A DNA stretch of 64,000 nt from Vicugna vicugna. Lineage: Eukaryota. Of this stretch, positions 12,510 through 24,600 are shown piece by piece (within the stretch, counting starts at the first letter, position 1; every line of letters begins with the position of its first letter). The notes beneath the pieces were generated by a model. The model worked only from the letters and a program-made list of their open reading frames with translations, was not told the DNA's origin and did not search any database. The stretch spans positions 62,001-126,000 of the forward strand of contig MU058781.1 in assembly GCA_013265495.1 (NCBI GenBank), written 5' to 3'. The position numbers were made by a program, and so were the translations under genes.

Positions 12510-12870
12510 CTGTGCCAATCATCATTCTGGATGTTAGGGATATAGCAGTGGCTAAAGGAAATCCTCTGTCATAGATATTCATTTTAGTTGGCAAGACAGA
12601 CAATTAAACAAACAAAAATATAGAATATAGTAATCAAAATGTCAGATAATAATAAGTGCTATGAAGTACTTTGGATAAGTGATCAGGGAATATCTCTTTG
12701 AGGCTTCAGTTTCAACAGTGACCTTAATGAAGTGAGTGAACAAGCTGTTTAAAATCTAAGATTCTACTCCAGGATAAAGGAAGAGCAAAAGTGCAAAGGC
12801 CTGAGCAGGGAGGGAGGTTTGGTGGGTGTGAGGAATGGCAAGAAAATCAGTGTGGCTGAAGCTGACTGAG
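12510..12870 (-). mobile_element. L2 fragment
   Basis: TGTTAGGGATATAGCAGTG...GATAATAATAAGTGCTATGAAG...GTGCAAAGGCCTGAG typical of antisense L2. Confidence 0.7.
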
Positions 12871-13299
12871 CATGAAAAGGAAGTACTTTTGAATGGATGA
12901 ATAAATGAATGAAGAAGTTATCTTTTTATCAATTTTTCTGCTGTTTTCGTTATTTTTTAAAAATATCTATTTGTATGACATTTATATATTAATGACATGG
13001 AACTGTTATCTCATTAGTTGTAAATGACTTTCCAAATTCATCCTTTATTCTATATATATGATACGGTAATAAGTACTGAATTTCTTTTTCATCATGTTTT
13101 CCATTTTTCTTTACCTTACAAACTCCTTCTCTATCAGGAGCTTGGATAAATTTTCACATCTATTCACCTGATATCTCCTAATCTTCAATCTGATTTTAGA
13201 CGCTCTTAATGCCCAGTCGTCACTGAGATCTATTCTAGGACTCACAGTAAATTCCCTAGACCAGTCACCAGTACTGACATACTGAAATACCACCTGCGT

Positions 13300-13471
13300 A
13301 AAGGTTCCCCGAAAGACGTGGGCTAAAAGTACTTTTTCCTGCAGAGTGGACAGACTCAGTTCCCTTTTTCCCTGGGGTCCCTCTAGAGGTGCCGGGCGGG
13401 CTTCCTGTTGGCCTGATTCCTTCCTCCTTTGCCTTACTTCCTAGTTGAAGGGAATGAGACTCTTCCCAGAA
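13300..13471. promoter_or_regulatory. Candidate promoter/enhancer motif cluster (two STAT GAS sites, GC box, ETS cores)
   Basis: TTCCCCGAA 13305-13313, GCCGGGCGGG 13391-13400, CTTCCTG 13401-13407, ACTTCCT 13436-13442 and TTCCCAGAA 13463-13471 in apparently unique sequence. Motif matches only. Confidence 0.35.
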
Positions 13472-13498
13472 CTGACAGTACATTTGTCTTTCATTCAG

Positions 13499-13548
13499 CA
13501 ACTGCCAGATACAATGGAACACATACAGTGTGTCCTGGATGTCATAGA
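13499..13548 (+). other. Candidate small exon, possibly first coding exon (MEHIQCVLDVI...)
   Basis: Branch-like CTGAC at 13472-13476, pyrimidine tract and CAG acceptor ending 13498, GTAAGT donor at 13549-13554, and ACAATGG Kozak ATG at 13514. Protein not recognised. Confidence 0.3.
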
Positions 13549-14879
13549 GTAAGTGGAATGTTATAATTTTAAGTTAAGAAAAAAACAAATCTTCTTTGAA
13601 GTTCCATCAGAGATTCATTGATGTTTGAAAGCTAGCGGTCCTGGTGGCTCGGTGTGGGGGGGTGTGTGTGTGTGTGCTGAGGCACTGTCTGTAGTTGTGC
13701 AGATTGAATGGCTTTAAGGGAGTCATTTAACTCATGGTCGTTATCTATTTGTATGGATATTGAAAAAAATTTCCACCACATGATAGTAAACTGTCTGGAC
13801 TTTTGCCTATTGCCTGACTTACACAGAGTCACCACATGGGCCAGCTGTGAGACTCTGCTGGACTGGGAGTCTGGAATAAGGAAAGGAAAAAAGGGAGAGT
13901 GACAGGGTAGTGGAGGTGGACATGTGGGAGGGTAGTAGCTATTTGATTGTCGGGGATTTGAGAATATCCCGGACATGCAAGAGGATGGAGAAATCCCCAA
14001 CAGACATGCAATTGTGGAGAAGGGAGCGGAGGTCAAAGCTTTATTCAAGTTAAACAGTAGAAACAAAAATTTTTTTTCCCTCCAATATTTTATTCTATTA
14101 AACTTCCACAGTATTTCAAGTTTTTTCCCCCTAAAATGTGACAAAAAAATATACAGGATTTTTTCATGCTCTGGGTTATCATGAAAAGTATACTTTTCTG
14201 ATTTTCAATTTCAGTGTAATGTTATAAACCTCCTGAATCACAAAGTTCTGAATCCAAGAGACTTATCAGTCTGACTAGGATACAGGTTACCCAGGACAGG
14301 TGATATGGTGAGGAGAAGGGTCAACCAGACACAGAGCACTGATTTAGTGGCTAATTCCAGAGATGAACAGAAGGTGGACAGTCACAGATATACTTAACAT
14401 TACTTTTGCAAGAAAATTTTTTTTTTTGGAAGAAAAGGCATGATAAATATCCATTTCCAGGAATGTATCCAGTAACAGGAAGGACAGATTCTTGTAAGAT
14501 CTGATCATTGTTGGCTTTTAAACTTCACGGGTCAAGGGAAGTCTTACTCTTTTACTGTTTATGAATTGCTATCACAAGTTCTGTCTTACCTTTTGAATAT
14601 TTTGATTTCAAAATGTTTTTATGATTTTAAAAGCCCAAGTTATTTTTTCTGAAACATCTATATCCTCCTTGGGTAAGAAAACAATTCTAGAAATTTAGGA
14701 TGTGACATTTCATCCTTATCTAGTGATTACAAGATTCAAATAAATTTACCTTCCCCTTGTTCTTTGTTTTGTGTTTAAATATCTTAGCAATATGAATATA
14801 GAAATGTCTGATGCTTCCTGCTCTAACTCATTTACTTCCAGTTTACACATTGAATAGTAATAGAGCAAAATTTTATGCT

Positions 14880-15600
14880 CACATTCACCCCACTACATTA
14901 TTCGCTGATTATCAAACAATTTCTGACCTAATGAGCTATGCCAATCATTGGCCTGGTGCTGGGTCTATAAAGATAATGAAATATGCTTTTGTCCTTGAGG
15001 ACCTCACAGTCTTGCTGGAGAGACTCTAGACATCACACATAAAACTTTCAATGGCACCAGCTCTAATAGAGTTACAAAGAGAGTGGAATTGAAGTTAAGA
15101 GTTTATGAAAAAGTTCTTAGAAGAGATGACATTTGAAGTAGGTGTGTCCAGTTAGTGAAAGCGAGAAAGGACATGGCGGGAGACATAGCATGCTTATTAT
15201 TGTGGCAGGTCTCGATGTGCTTAGAAAGTGGTGGGGACTTTAGTATAACTGAAATTTAGAGGCTTGAATTTGGTGACTTGAAGAAAGTGGATGAGACTTG
15301 AGATAGAGTTAGCAAAGGAACACTAGGCCAGAACTGGACTGAAAGGGGCTTCGGAACTAACATAAGAAATTTGGATCTAATTCTATAAAGCAGTAGGAGC
15401 CGAGAGAGTTTAAGGCAAGTGAATGACATGATTAGATTTAATTGTTAGAAAAAGAGCCAGTGTCTGCCGATACCCACTAGCTTGGCCAGGGAGTTCAAGA
15501 CAGAAAGCCGTCCTAAAACCTAGGCGAGAGATTAGAAAGTTCAGTACTAGTCTCAAGGGATGGAACAGAGGCCTGGATTTAAGGTGTTTCTGTTACAGAT
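14880..15600 (-). mobile_element. L2 fragment
   Basis: GGTGCTGGGTCTATAAAGATAA...GTCCTTGAGGACCTCACAGTCT...AGTGAATGACATGATTAGATTT are antisense L2 motifs. Confidence 0.65.
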
Positions 15601-17208
15601 CCCACAATAAGGAAATAGTTAGACATTGAAATGTCTTAGGAAGACACCTGAAGTCAAGTAATGATATGTAAATATCATACCAAGGTTAAAGTCTTTCCAC
15701 TGGGCTTCAGCTTTTACCAAGGGAGTGCATTTTGAGTAGCCTCGATCTTCAGCCTGCCAAATTATTTTAAAATGTTGTTAGTATTCAAGAAAGAAGAATC
15801 TTTTATGTGAATGTCCACTCTGACACCTCCCCACATAGCTACAACATGGAATAATTGATATGGTCATATCTGGATCTTCCGGAGACATTGGTGCTTTTGA
15901 CATAAGACGAAAGCAGGCCGATAAAGAAGTGTCTGTTCCCACTGGGCTTGCCAAAGTCAAGACTCGGAGAGCACAAGTTACAGTTATCCCTTTCTTGGGT
16001 TTTATGTTTTTGAGAATATGATAATAAGAAAAGAAAAGCAAGTTCTCTGGTAAACCATATTTATTGCCTCATGGACTGTAACCGTTTCAAAGTCCACAGT
16101 GAGTGTCTTTCTCTTTTGAAGTTAGTATATTTCTTGAGAACCCAAAGTGTACAGGACACAGGCCTGTGGAGGACAGAAAGTAGAGTAAGGCAGTGAGTGT
16201 GGTGTTTTGAGCCTGGGTCTCATGGTTCTTGGGCTACGTGGATCCCCTAGCCAACGGGCAGGTCATAGAAGGCCTTCCAACTCTCTGACATTGTGGGAAC
16301 ACTATGGTGGATACAGAAATTTTGCTGGGGAAACTTCTCATAGCTTTTGCCAGATTCTACAGCCTTAAACAGCTTGACAGCCTTTGAAGATGTGATAGGA
16401 CACATATAAACAATGACTATCAGTGTAAAACAGTATATGATAAAAGCAAAAACTATCAATATAGATCAGTATATGATAAGAGTGATTCAGATAATAAGTT
16501 CTTGCTACTTCAGAAGATGTAGTTAATTTGTTTCAATCAACTTGGGAATAATCTGTTTAGTTATGTGTTTTTATGACGTTTGTTTAAATAGTTTCTCAAC
16601 TTCGGACCTGTTCACCTCTCTGAGCCTCTGTTTTTGTCTGTTACTGCCTCCTAGGTTTGTTGTGAGGTAATTTATACAGAATACTTTGCACAATCCCTGG
16701 AAAATGTTTTAATTATTTATTTATGACAAATACAGATATAACATTTGTTATGCATGTGTATGCCTAGCAGATGCAAATATAAAACTTAAGCTTAGTGAAT
16801 TGTTGTGGGTTAGTCATATTTTGTTTATGACCATCTCCTCTTGGAAGCTGAAGAAAGAAGACTAAGTAACAAGAATGCTATGTCCTGCAAGTACTGGTTT
16901 TAGGAAGGCAAACATTAGGTTCTGGTGTTAACCACGTATCACTGTATCACGAAAAAAGAAGAATTTAGAAATTTAGAACAATCCCTCGATGCAGCAACCT
17001 TTGGAGTGAAGGAGCCAAAGTGACACGATAAATTAACTAGCCTTTGGGAGGAAGGATCAGGCCATGCCTTTGATGACAAGAGTAGTAAGAACATTCTGTA
17101 GGAAGACAACCCTGCTCAAAGGCTACTGTTCACATGCTGCTTGTTGGGTGATCCTGTGAGACCCCACCTTGATTCTTCAACTTCCCCCAACACAAGTAAC
17201 TGGAGTGT

Positions 17209-17227
17209 GGGGTGGGGTGGGGTGGGG
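17209..17227 (+). repeat. (GGGGT)3GGGG G-quadruplex motif
   Basis: Four runs of GGGG separated by single T. Confidence 0.8.
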
Positions 17228-17566
17228 CCCAGTGTCAGCGAGTCGTAATGTGAGAGGCCTCGCTCACTACAGTGGCCTCCTTCACCAACACACCAATCTG
17301 AGGAAGGATCCTGGGCTGCAAAAGGGCCTTGCCTTAGGACGTGGGCACGGTATTCAGGAAGATAGCAACTTCCTTGTCTGCTAACCTCCGGTGACTAGGC
17401 CTCTGTCTCAAGAGCTTGAGTTCCGAGGACTTAGTTTAATTGGAGGACTGGATAGTTGTCTGCCTTCCTCCCAGGACACCTTCTCCCTCCACTGTTCTCT
17501 TGGCTGGCTTAGAGGATACCTAGGACACTTAGTGGCCCTTTTATCTGATTCTTCTGTACTGATGTA

Positions 17567-17720
17567 CAGTCCTCCCTCAGTATCTGCAGGGGGTTGGTTC
17601 CAGGACTGTCCATGGGATACCACAATCTGAGGATGCTGCGCCCCTTTCTATAAAATGGTGCAGTGCAGTCAACTCTCCACATCTGCTGATGCGGAACCTG
17701 CAGATATGGAGGTCTGCCTG
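17567..17720 (+). mobile_element. Tigger2-family MITE (MER2/MER8-like, shortened)
   Basis: TA|CAGTCCTCCCTCAGTATCTGCAGGGGGTTGGTTCCAGGAC... start and ...GATGCGGAACCTGCAGATATGGAGGTCTGCCTG end form degenerate terminal inverted repeats matching MER2-type ends. Confidence 0.75.
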
Positions 17721-18619
17721 GATGCCTATCCTCTGAGACAGGCTTTCCTTCTGACAAAAAAGCTTTTACCAAACATTCTGGGAAAACATAACAAAACAGG
17801 CTACCCAGGAGACAAATTGATCTGGTGGTCTGGTTGGAAGCGATTAGCCAGCCCTGAAGCAGAAACACATTTTCCTCCACGCTTTTCTGTAATACTAAGT
17901 CCTACGTGAGTTGGATGGCCTGTGGTTAGGGCAGTGACTAAGGAGGGAAAGTGCGCTGAAATGAAGAGTGGCACAGTCTTTGTTGCCAGGCCGCCGGGGG
18001 TTGAGACCAGGGCTGGGGATTACCAGCTGTTTCCTCACGGCATACCCCTCCATTTTCCCCACAGAAACTCAGAGTTTGTCACACTGGAATTTCTCTGACG
18101 TCAGTCTGACTTGAATTTTAGTTCCAGGATCTTCCTCTTCACTCTTTTCAGAATACCCATTGGCTGAGCCATTCAAATTCCCAAAGTAGATTTACAGGTT
18201 TTTAAAAACATGTAATCAAGTTTTGCTTTGCATCTCTGTTTCGTCTTTTTTTCTACCCCCCAATGTCCAAGAAACTTTTTAACACGTACTTTACAAAAAG
18301 AGCAGGCCATCATCTATTTGGGGCGTGAAAATAGAGGAGGTGAGAAATGAGATGCTTGGCCTAAAGTCATGCCAGTTGGGCATGGAAATGGTTGGTTAAG
18401 TGATTTTGCCACAATCATAAAACAACTTTTGTGTTGTCTTGGTATTTCCTTATGTTTTGAAAGAGACGAGTGCCCTTAAACTCTTGTTTTAATTTGAGGT
18501 AATTCCGTGCATATTTGAGGTGAGCAGGGAAGAGGCACTGCTACACGAAAAACATTTTTAATACAACTTGGAAGACATAAGTTGACACGTTGAGAAGAAA
18601 ATGAATCGATCATTGTATT

Positions 18620-18760
18620 TTAAGATTGAAGGGGATTTTAGAGGTCATTTTGTTTAACCTCCGTGTTTACAGATGAATGAACAGAGTTGGAGTGTCTTGC
18701 CCCTAGGAGGTCACATGAACTAAGAGGTCCTGACTTCTAGGCAGGGCTTTGTTCCCCACT
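18620..18760 (-). mobile_element. MIR (MIR3/MIRb-like) fragment
   Basis: GAAGGGGATTTTAGAGGTCATTTTGTTTAACCTCCGTGTTTACAGATGA motif. Confidence 0.55.
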
Positions 18761-20344
18761 AACTATTAATAAGTGATTACAGAATGATCTAATAGGTGTT
18801 GTCATATTGCTGCGACGCTTGGAAAGACTGGATGCGGGTACAAAGTTTACATAATACCCGATACAGAAATCCTAGTGCCCTAAGTCATTGTTTAATAACG
18901 ATGCCTTTGCTCTCTTCAGATCGTTGAAATGCACACACATTTCTGGCTTCGTTTAATAAATTGCCTTCTTGAGGGCACTAAGTCCTGCTCTTCTGGGAAA
19001 GCTCATTCACATCGCGTGGGTGAACAATTGGCTTCTTCATGAATTTTGTTGTTTAGTTGCAGTTCATAAACCGAAGAAACTCTGTCTCGTGTTATTACTA
19101 TGATCACAGATTCAGGCAGACTTCATTGCAAGATTGGAATGAGTTGGTGGTAGACTGTTGCCGAAGTGGATATTGGTTCAGCACAGCTTAATATAAAGGA
19201 AGAAAAGGTTGACCAAATGTACAAGATTTAATTAAGTAAGTGTAACGATTTAATTGTGGGAACTTCCAATACTTCCCTGGTGATAGAAAGTAGTCACTGT
19301 GGATGGTTCAGAAATAAAGTGGCCCATTTCCTAGTAAATGTTTCTGAGTTTTAAAAACATAGAAAGTTTTATCAGCCAGAAAACTGTGCATTTGTATCAC
19401 CTATATTCACCTCAGATGTATTCTTTTTACCTTTACTTCATTTACCTTTCTCAACACAGTGACCTTATCTCCTCCAGAGGCCAATTTCAAGGTAAATTAT
19501 ATGAAAGTAAAATTTAAAAGAAACTAGTCAAGACCTAGATTTATGAAAAATAAGATTTTAGGCAATTAGAATTCTGCTGGTGTTATTCATTATCCTTTCT
19601 GTTTTTCAAACAAAATTTTCTACTGCAGTTCAAACTGGCTAGATGAATGATTCAACTTTTAAAATTTAGCTTTGATTCAAGTTGTTTTTTTCTTTTCTTT
19701 TGGTTTTTCCCCTCCTTCTCTCCCCTCCTCCTTCCCTCCTTCCCTTCCTTCTTTTCTTCCTTTTTGTCAAAGACAATATGCATGAAGAAGAAGTAATAAG
19801 AAATGACCATTTAGACCCCAATTGCTTCACTCTGAAGAACTCTCAATCTTCCCCATCCATGCCCTAACCAGAAGCTATAAAGGAAAGAAAATTTCCAACC
19901 CCATATAAAATTTGGAGAATATTGGAACATATTGGCATATCCTATACACAACTGGTGGATCCTACATATCTTTGGAGCATTGGCTTTTTATTAAGAACAG
20001 TTCATTAAAATTGTCCTTGTGGGTCATTCTCACAAGAGTGGATCTGCTTCTAATGATGTTACTGATAGATGTCACATAGGTAATACCTTTTGTTGTTGGG
20101 GATTTAAATCTAAAAATGTTGATGATGTGCATTCACAAAGCTTTAGGTTAACTTAATAAAAAATATGGATGGGTCTGCCATTTACTATTTTAAACACTTA
20201 CACAGGTAATCCGTTGTGTATTATTTATTTTATGAAATTTTAAAAATTCTTAAAGAGATTAAAATTGGAATATCCTTCTGAAACTTCACAATTTAAAAAC
20301 TTTGATTATGACCAGCCTTGTTCTTATCTTTCAGATTAGAGTCT

Positions 20345-20445
20345 TACTTTTATTTTTTATTATTTTTTTTAAGTTTTATTTTTTACTGATGTGTAGTTGA
20401 TTTACAATATTAGTTTCAGGTGTACAGCAAAGTGATTCAGTTACA
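20345..20445 (-). mobile_element. L1 extreme 3' end fragment
   Basis: T-rich tail then GTAGTTGATTTACAATATTAGTTTCAGGTGTACAGCAAAGTGATTCAGTTA; similar to the start of the 41270 copy. Confidence 0.75.
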
Positions 20446-21512
20446 TTATGTTATGTTAGTAAATTTTGTGGTGTTCCAGCTCCAGGGTGGTCTCCTTTAT
20501 AGATGTGTAAATAAAATGTCATGTTGTATTCCAGGCCTGGAGAAACTATTATTCTGTATGTTTTGAATTTTATTCCAGTAACATTTCTGATGATCCTCTT
20601 TATTTTATTTATTTATTTTTTTTTTGATGGCAGTTGTCATACACTGGGGTAATAGAGAACTTAAAATCATCACAAAGAAGTACATACCCAAACTAAAGTG
20701 ACAGGAATTAAAGAACAAATAAAAATTCAACCACTGTAAATTTCTATTGTTTTAAAACTGATAAAGCATTTAGTTTTAAAAATGAAAAAGAAAAAAAGTG
20801 AGTGAACAAAGTATATTTTGTGTACAATATCAAAAAAGTCCCATTATTTGCATTACATTGCTTTTGAAATAATTTTTGAATTTCTTTTTACCCTCTTCTT
20901 AAGATAGTCAACCTTATTTCTCAGCAGTTCTCTTAGAGTTTCCCTGACACCACATCTTCCTTGCCAGCTCTCCCCTGAGGATGCTTGACCCCTGTTTTTA
21001 TACGTCTATGTTAAGTACAGAGAATTTCCAGCCTCTACTTTTCTTCTTTATCAATGAAAATTCTAATAAGCTACTCGGATGTTTATTTATCTAAGCTCCT
21101 CTAAAATCCGTTTGTCTCTTTCCTTCTGTTTTCTTCTTTGTATTCCTAATCCTAGTAACGTGTCTGGCATGCAGCAGGAACTCAAGTCTGAAATAGTAAA
21201 TACTTCTGCTAAGAAGCACTGTGGGCCCTGAATACCAAGTGCCAGAGACTTCTTCATGCTCAGAATTGCTGGACAGTTCATGTGTCAAGACTAGGTTCAT
21301 AAAAAGTTTGTGCAGGAGATAACCTTAAGAATTGTTCCATCTCCCTACATCATTTTACAGATGAGGAAACTGAGGCCTCAAGAAGAAGGAAGTGACTTGC
21401 CTATTTTGTGTTTCTCACTTATACATTTAAAAAAAGTGTAAATAGTGATCTCAATATATAACAAGTTAGGTTCACAACCGAACCAGAGGATGTAATTTCT
21501 CCTGTGTTACCC

Positions 21513-21628
21513 AGCTTTATTGAGGTATAATTGACAAATAAAAATTGCATGTATTTAAGGTGTGCAATGTGATGCTTATGAAATGATGACCACAGTCAAG
21601 CTGATTAACACATCCATCATCTCATATC
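21513..21628 (-). mobile_element. L1MA/L1MB 3' end fragment
   Basis: CAGCTTTATTGAGGTATAATTGACAAATAAAAATTGCATGTATTTAAGGTGTGCAATGTGATG, classic antisense L1M 3' terminus. Confidence 0.75.
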
Positions 21629-24600
21629 ATTGAGCACCCACCATACTTATGAATTAGAAAATTTTACCTTTTTAGTAGCTCTGTTGTGTTGGGTTTTCTC
21701 TGAATGCTGAGTGCTTGATTGGCTTGCAGATGAGAGTTATGATACACTAGTCAGGCCGTGTGGTGACAGAGATGAAGGAGGCTGAATAGAGAGCCATGGG
21801 CAATATGACCAGTGGGAGCAGACATCTTCACCCCCACGATCAGCCACAAAGGGGTGGATCTGAGGGGAGATCTAACCTGGAGAAAGTGAAAGGGTGGATC
21901 GTTCCAGGCTCGAGGCTGGGGAAAGGCTCTCCTTTTCTCTTCTGAGCTGATATTTGAGAGTAAGGTGGAAAAGGAAGGATATCAGACTATCCAAGAAACC
22001 CAGCCAGAACCCACCAGGCCTGGTAGGTTGTTTGCTCTCCCCATGGGGGTCTTGGGGGTCCCTTTCAAACTGGCAGACTTGTGCTTGACACATCAGCCTA
22101 TGGATCTAGACAAGGAGGACTGATTACCAAATTTTGCTAGTTTGAGGAATAGGAGTCCAATGGTTTAGACTCTCACTGAGAGACCGATGAAGGAAGCGAT
22201 GGCTACCCCAGAACCCCCAGGAAGACCTAGGATGATACACGTGCATGTGCACACGCCCATCCACCATCCGCCCATCCGTCCATATACAGTATGTGTGAAA
22301 ATACATGTGCTCTGGTTTAGTATTCTCTCTAGTCTCTTACATTAGCATTACAGATATAAATATTAAAATGAAAAGAAACTGAATTAAAATTTCTAAATCC
22401 TTTGAGAAAAGTTAATTTGTTAGATGTTGAAAACAGATATTCAATAAGAGTCTTAAATATAAGCTCTCAAACTAAAAACATACCCCCAAGTCCCCCAGAT
22501 CTTACTCTTAACAAAATCCTTTGAAGCATATATTCTTGTGAAATAGTAGCTCTATAACCTAGTATTTCAGTGTATGAAGATTCAGACAACGTACATAGAC
22601 TCTAAAATTTTTGAAATTTGATTTCGTTTTCTCAAAGCTCAGTTTTTGTTTTTTTGGCTACCATTTTGTTCAGTAAATGTATCCCAGAGTAACATAAAAT
22701 ATGTCCAGTTAGTTAATGAGTCTCTTGAACCAGTTGGTGTCTAAACAACTTTATTCTTGGCAGAAGTAACTTCCTGTTTAAAAAAAAAAAAGCTTAAAAG
22801 GTCTTATAAGGAAGGCTCATAAGACTTCTTGGAAATCAAGCAGTTCTTACAAAACATTTTGATGTGTTTAGGACAGAGGAATTAGGAACATATGGATTAC
22901 ATTTTCCTTAAAATGCACATGGTTTTTAGAAATTAAAGGATAATGTTCTTGGCAAAATAGGTTTTGCCAAACCCAAACTGTTTAAAAAATTGTTCAAGAT
23001 GTTCAGCAAGGCCAAAAGGCCTCAGGCGTCCACAGTCCTAATAATAGAATCAATCAGGAAAACCAGAGTGAAGTCACTAAACTCATTTGAACAGTCTCTT
23101 GAAATAACCAACAAAAATAAATCTCAGTGTAGTAACAATCACAAGCAATTAGAATATAATAACTTTTATACTCATACTGAATAAAACCCCAAGTTGGTAG
23201 TTAAAATTGTGTTAGGAATTTTGGAAAGTTGGCAGTGTACTGTGCTTGACTGAAATAATTGATTACATCTATAAAAATGGCGAAGAGACTAGGAAGGATT
23301 GCACAGATAAAGTACTTACTGGATATAATTTGACAATTTCCCCATGATTGTTTAAGGAATAAAGGTTTATGTGATTGTTTAAAACCCCACATTCTCTAGG
23401 AAAAAGATGTATGCGGAGGCGATGACCACAAAAATTTCATTAACCTGGCGTTGAGCACGACTTGTCTTATCTGGGCAAGAGTCTATTAAATCGCTCGTGG
23501 TGTTCTCAGGGATGATGAGATGAAGCAGGCAGGACGTGGGACCTGAGGCTGTGTATGTATATGGCAAGAATCAACTCGGTGTAATGTCAGCTGTCAGAAA
23601 ACAAATCCAAAAAGAATCCCAGCCTCTGTGCGTCAGCATTTGCTTCTCAAAACAGCTTATTTTGAAATGGGGTCTTGGTCTCACGCATAGTAGGGATTTG
23701 GTAGAAATGTGTTGATGGGATTTGATTTCTTCCCGTGGCAACATGTTTACATTCTTTTCCACGAACTTTATTGTCTATGCATGACCTGCCTCTGGGCATT
23801 ACGAGCAAACTACTAGGGTTCCCTCTGCTGGCTGGTTCCTTGGTGCTTTACGAAAAATTGCTTCAAGGAAACAAAAATAATCATGAAAAAATCTTGTTTT
23901 CCTCCTGACTTAGACTTTGTATAGTCACTCGGCTAAAGACAGAAACACGACCAGTTATGCCAGTGGAGCCATCAGCCAAAAGGCTTTGCAGGCTTTTCCG
24001 TCTCCTCCTCTCCGCTTCAGATTCCTGGCCTGTGCTGCTGGGAACTGGGATTCCTGCGTGACCTGGGGACAGGGCAGGCTGGATCCGCAGCTTCTGCATG
24101 GGCCGCAGAGTTCGTCTTTAGGGTCAGAGGTTTTCCTGCTCTTTCCCGTCGTCCTGGGTCACAGAAATCTCCAGGAGGCCGATCAGACCTCCTCACTTTG
24201 GATTTGTTAGGTTTTCCCTCCCTGGGGTTTTGCCAGCTTCAGGCTCCTTCCTGGGAAAGGGTTCTGGGATTCACGCTGGGACCCACCAAGGTATACTCTC
24301 TCACAATTCCTCTTTGAACTGTTTCCCTTTCTCTCTGGTCTCTAGAGAAATACAACCCAATTTCATTATTTATGAATATGGAATCTTACTCTCCTCAAAT
24401 CCCCTGCTGTAATTTATAGTGTTTTTTCCTGGATTATTTAGCAATTTGTCTGAGGGTTTTTTTGGTTTGGTTTTATTTTTTTTTTAAAGAGATCAGAGGT
24501 TGGAAATCAAGTGAGGAGCACGTACTTAATGGCCTCAGTTCTTGAGTAGGAGTAAGAGTGGGTTAGGCTAATAAATTATTAGGGAAAAAAATGAATATTT

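Noticed and set aside
15839..16021. Open plus-strand frame LQHGIIDMVISGSSGDIGAFDIRRKQADKEV after CCCCACATAG
   Set aside because: No convincing donor, no recognisable homology, and splicing from the 13499 candidate would hit a stop within five codons.
19683..19765. Polypyrimidine tract (a similar one lies at 48800-48870)
   Set aside because: Ordinary low-complexity sequence without a clean mirror repeat.
22790..22970. Short inverted repeats (GTCTTAT...ATAAGAC; TTGGCAAAA-TAGG-TTTTGCCAA)
   Set aside because: Arms of 7-9 bp are expected by chance in 64 kb of AT-rich DNA.
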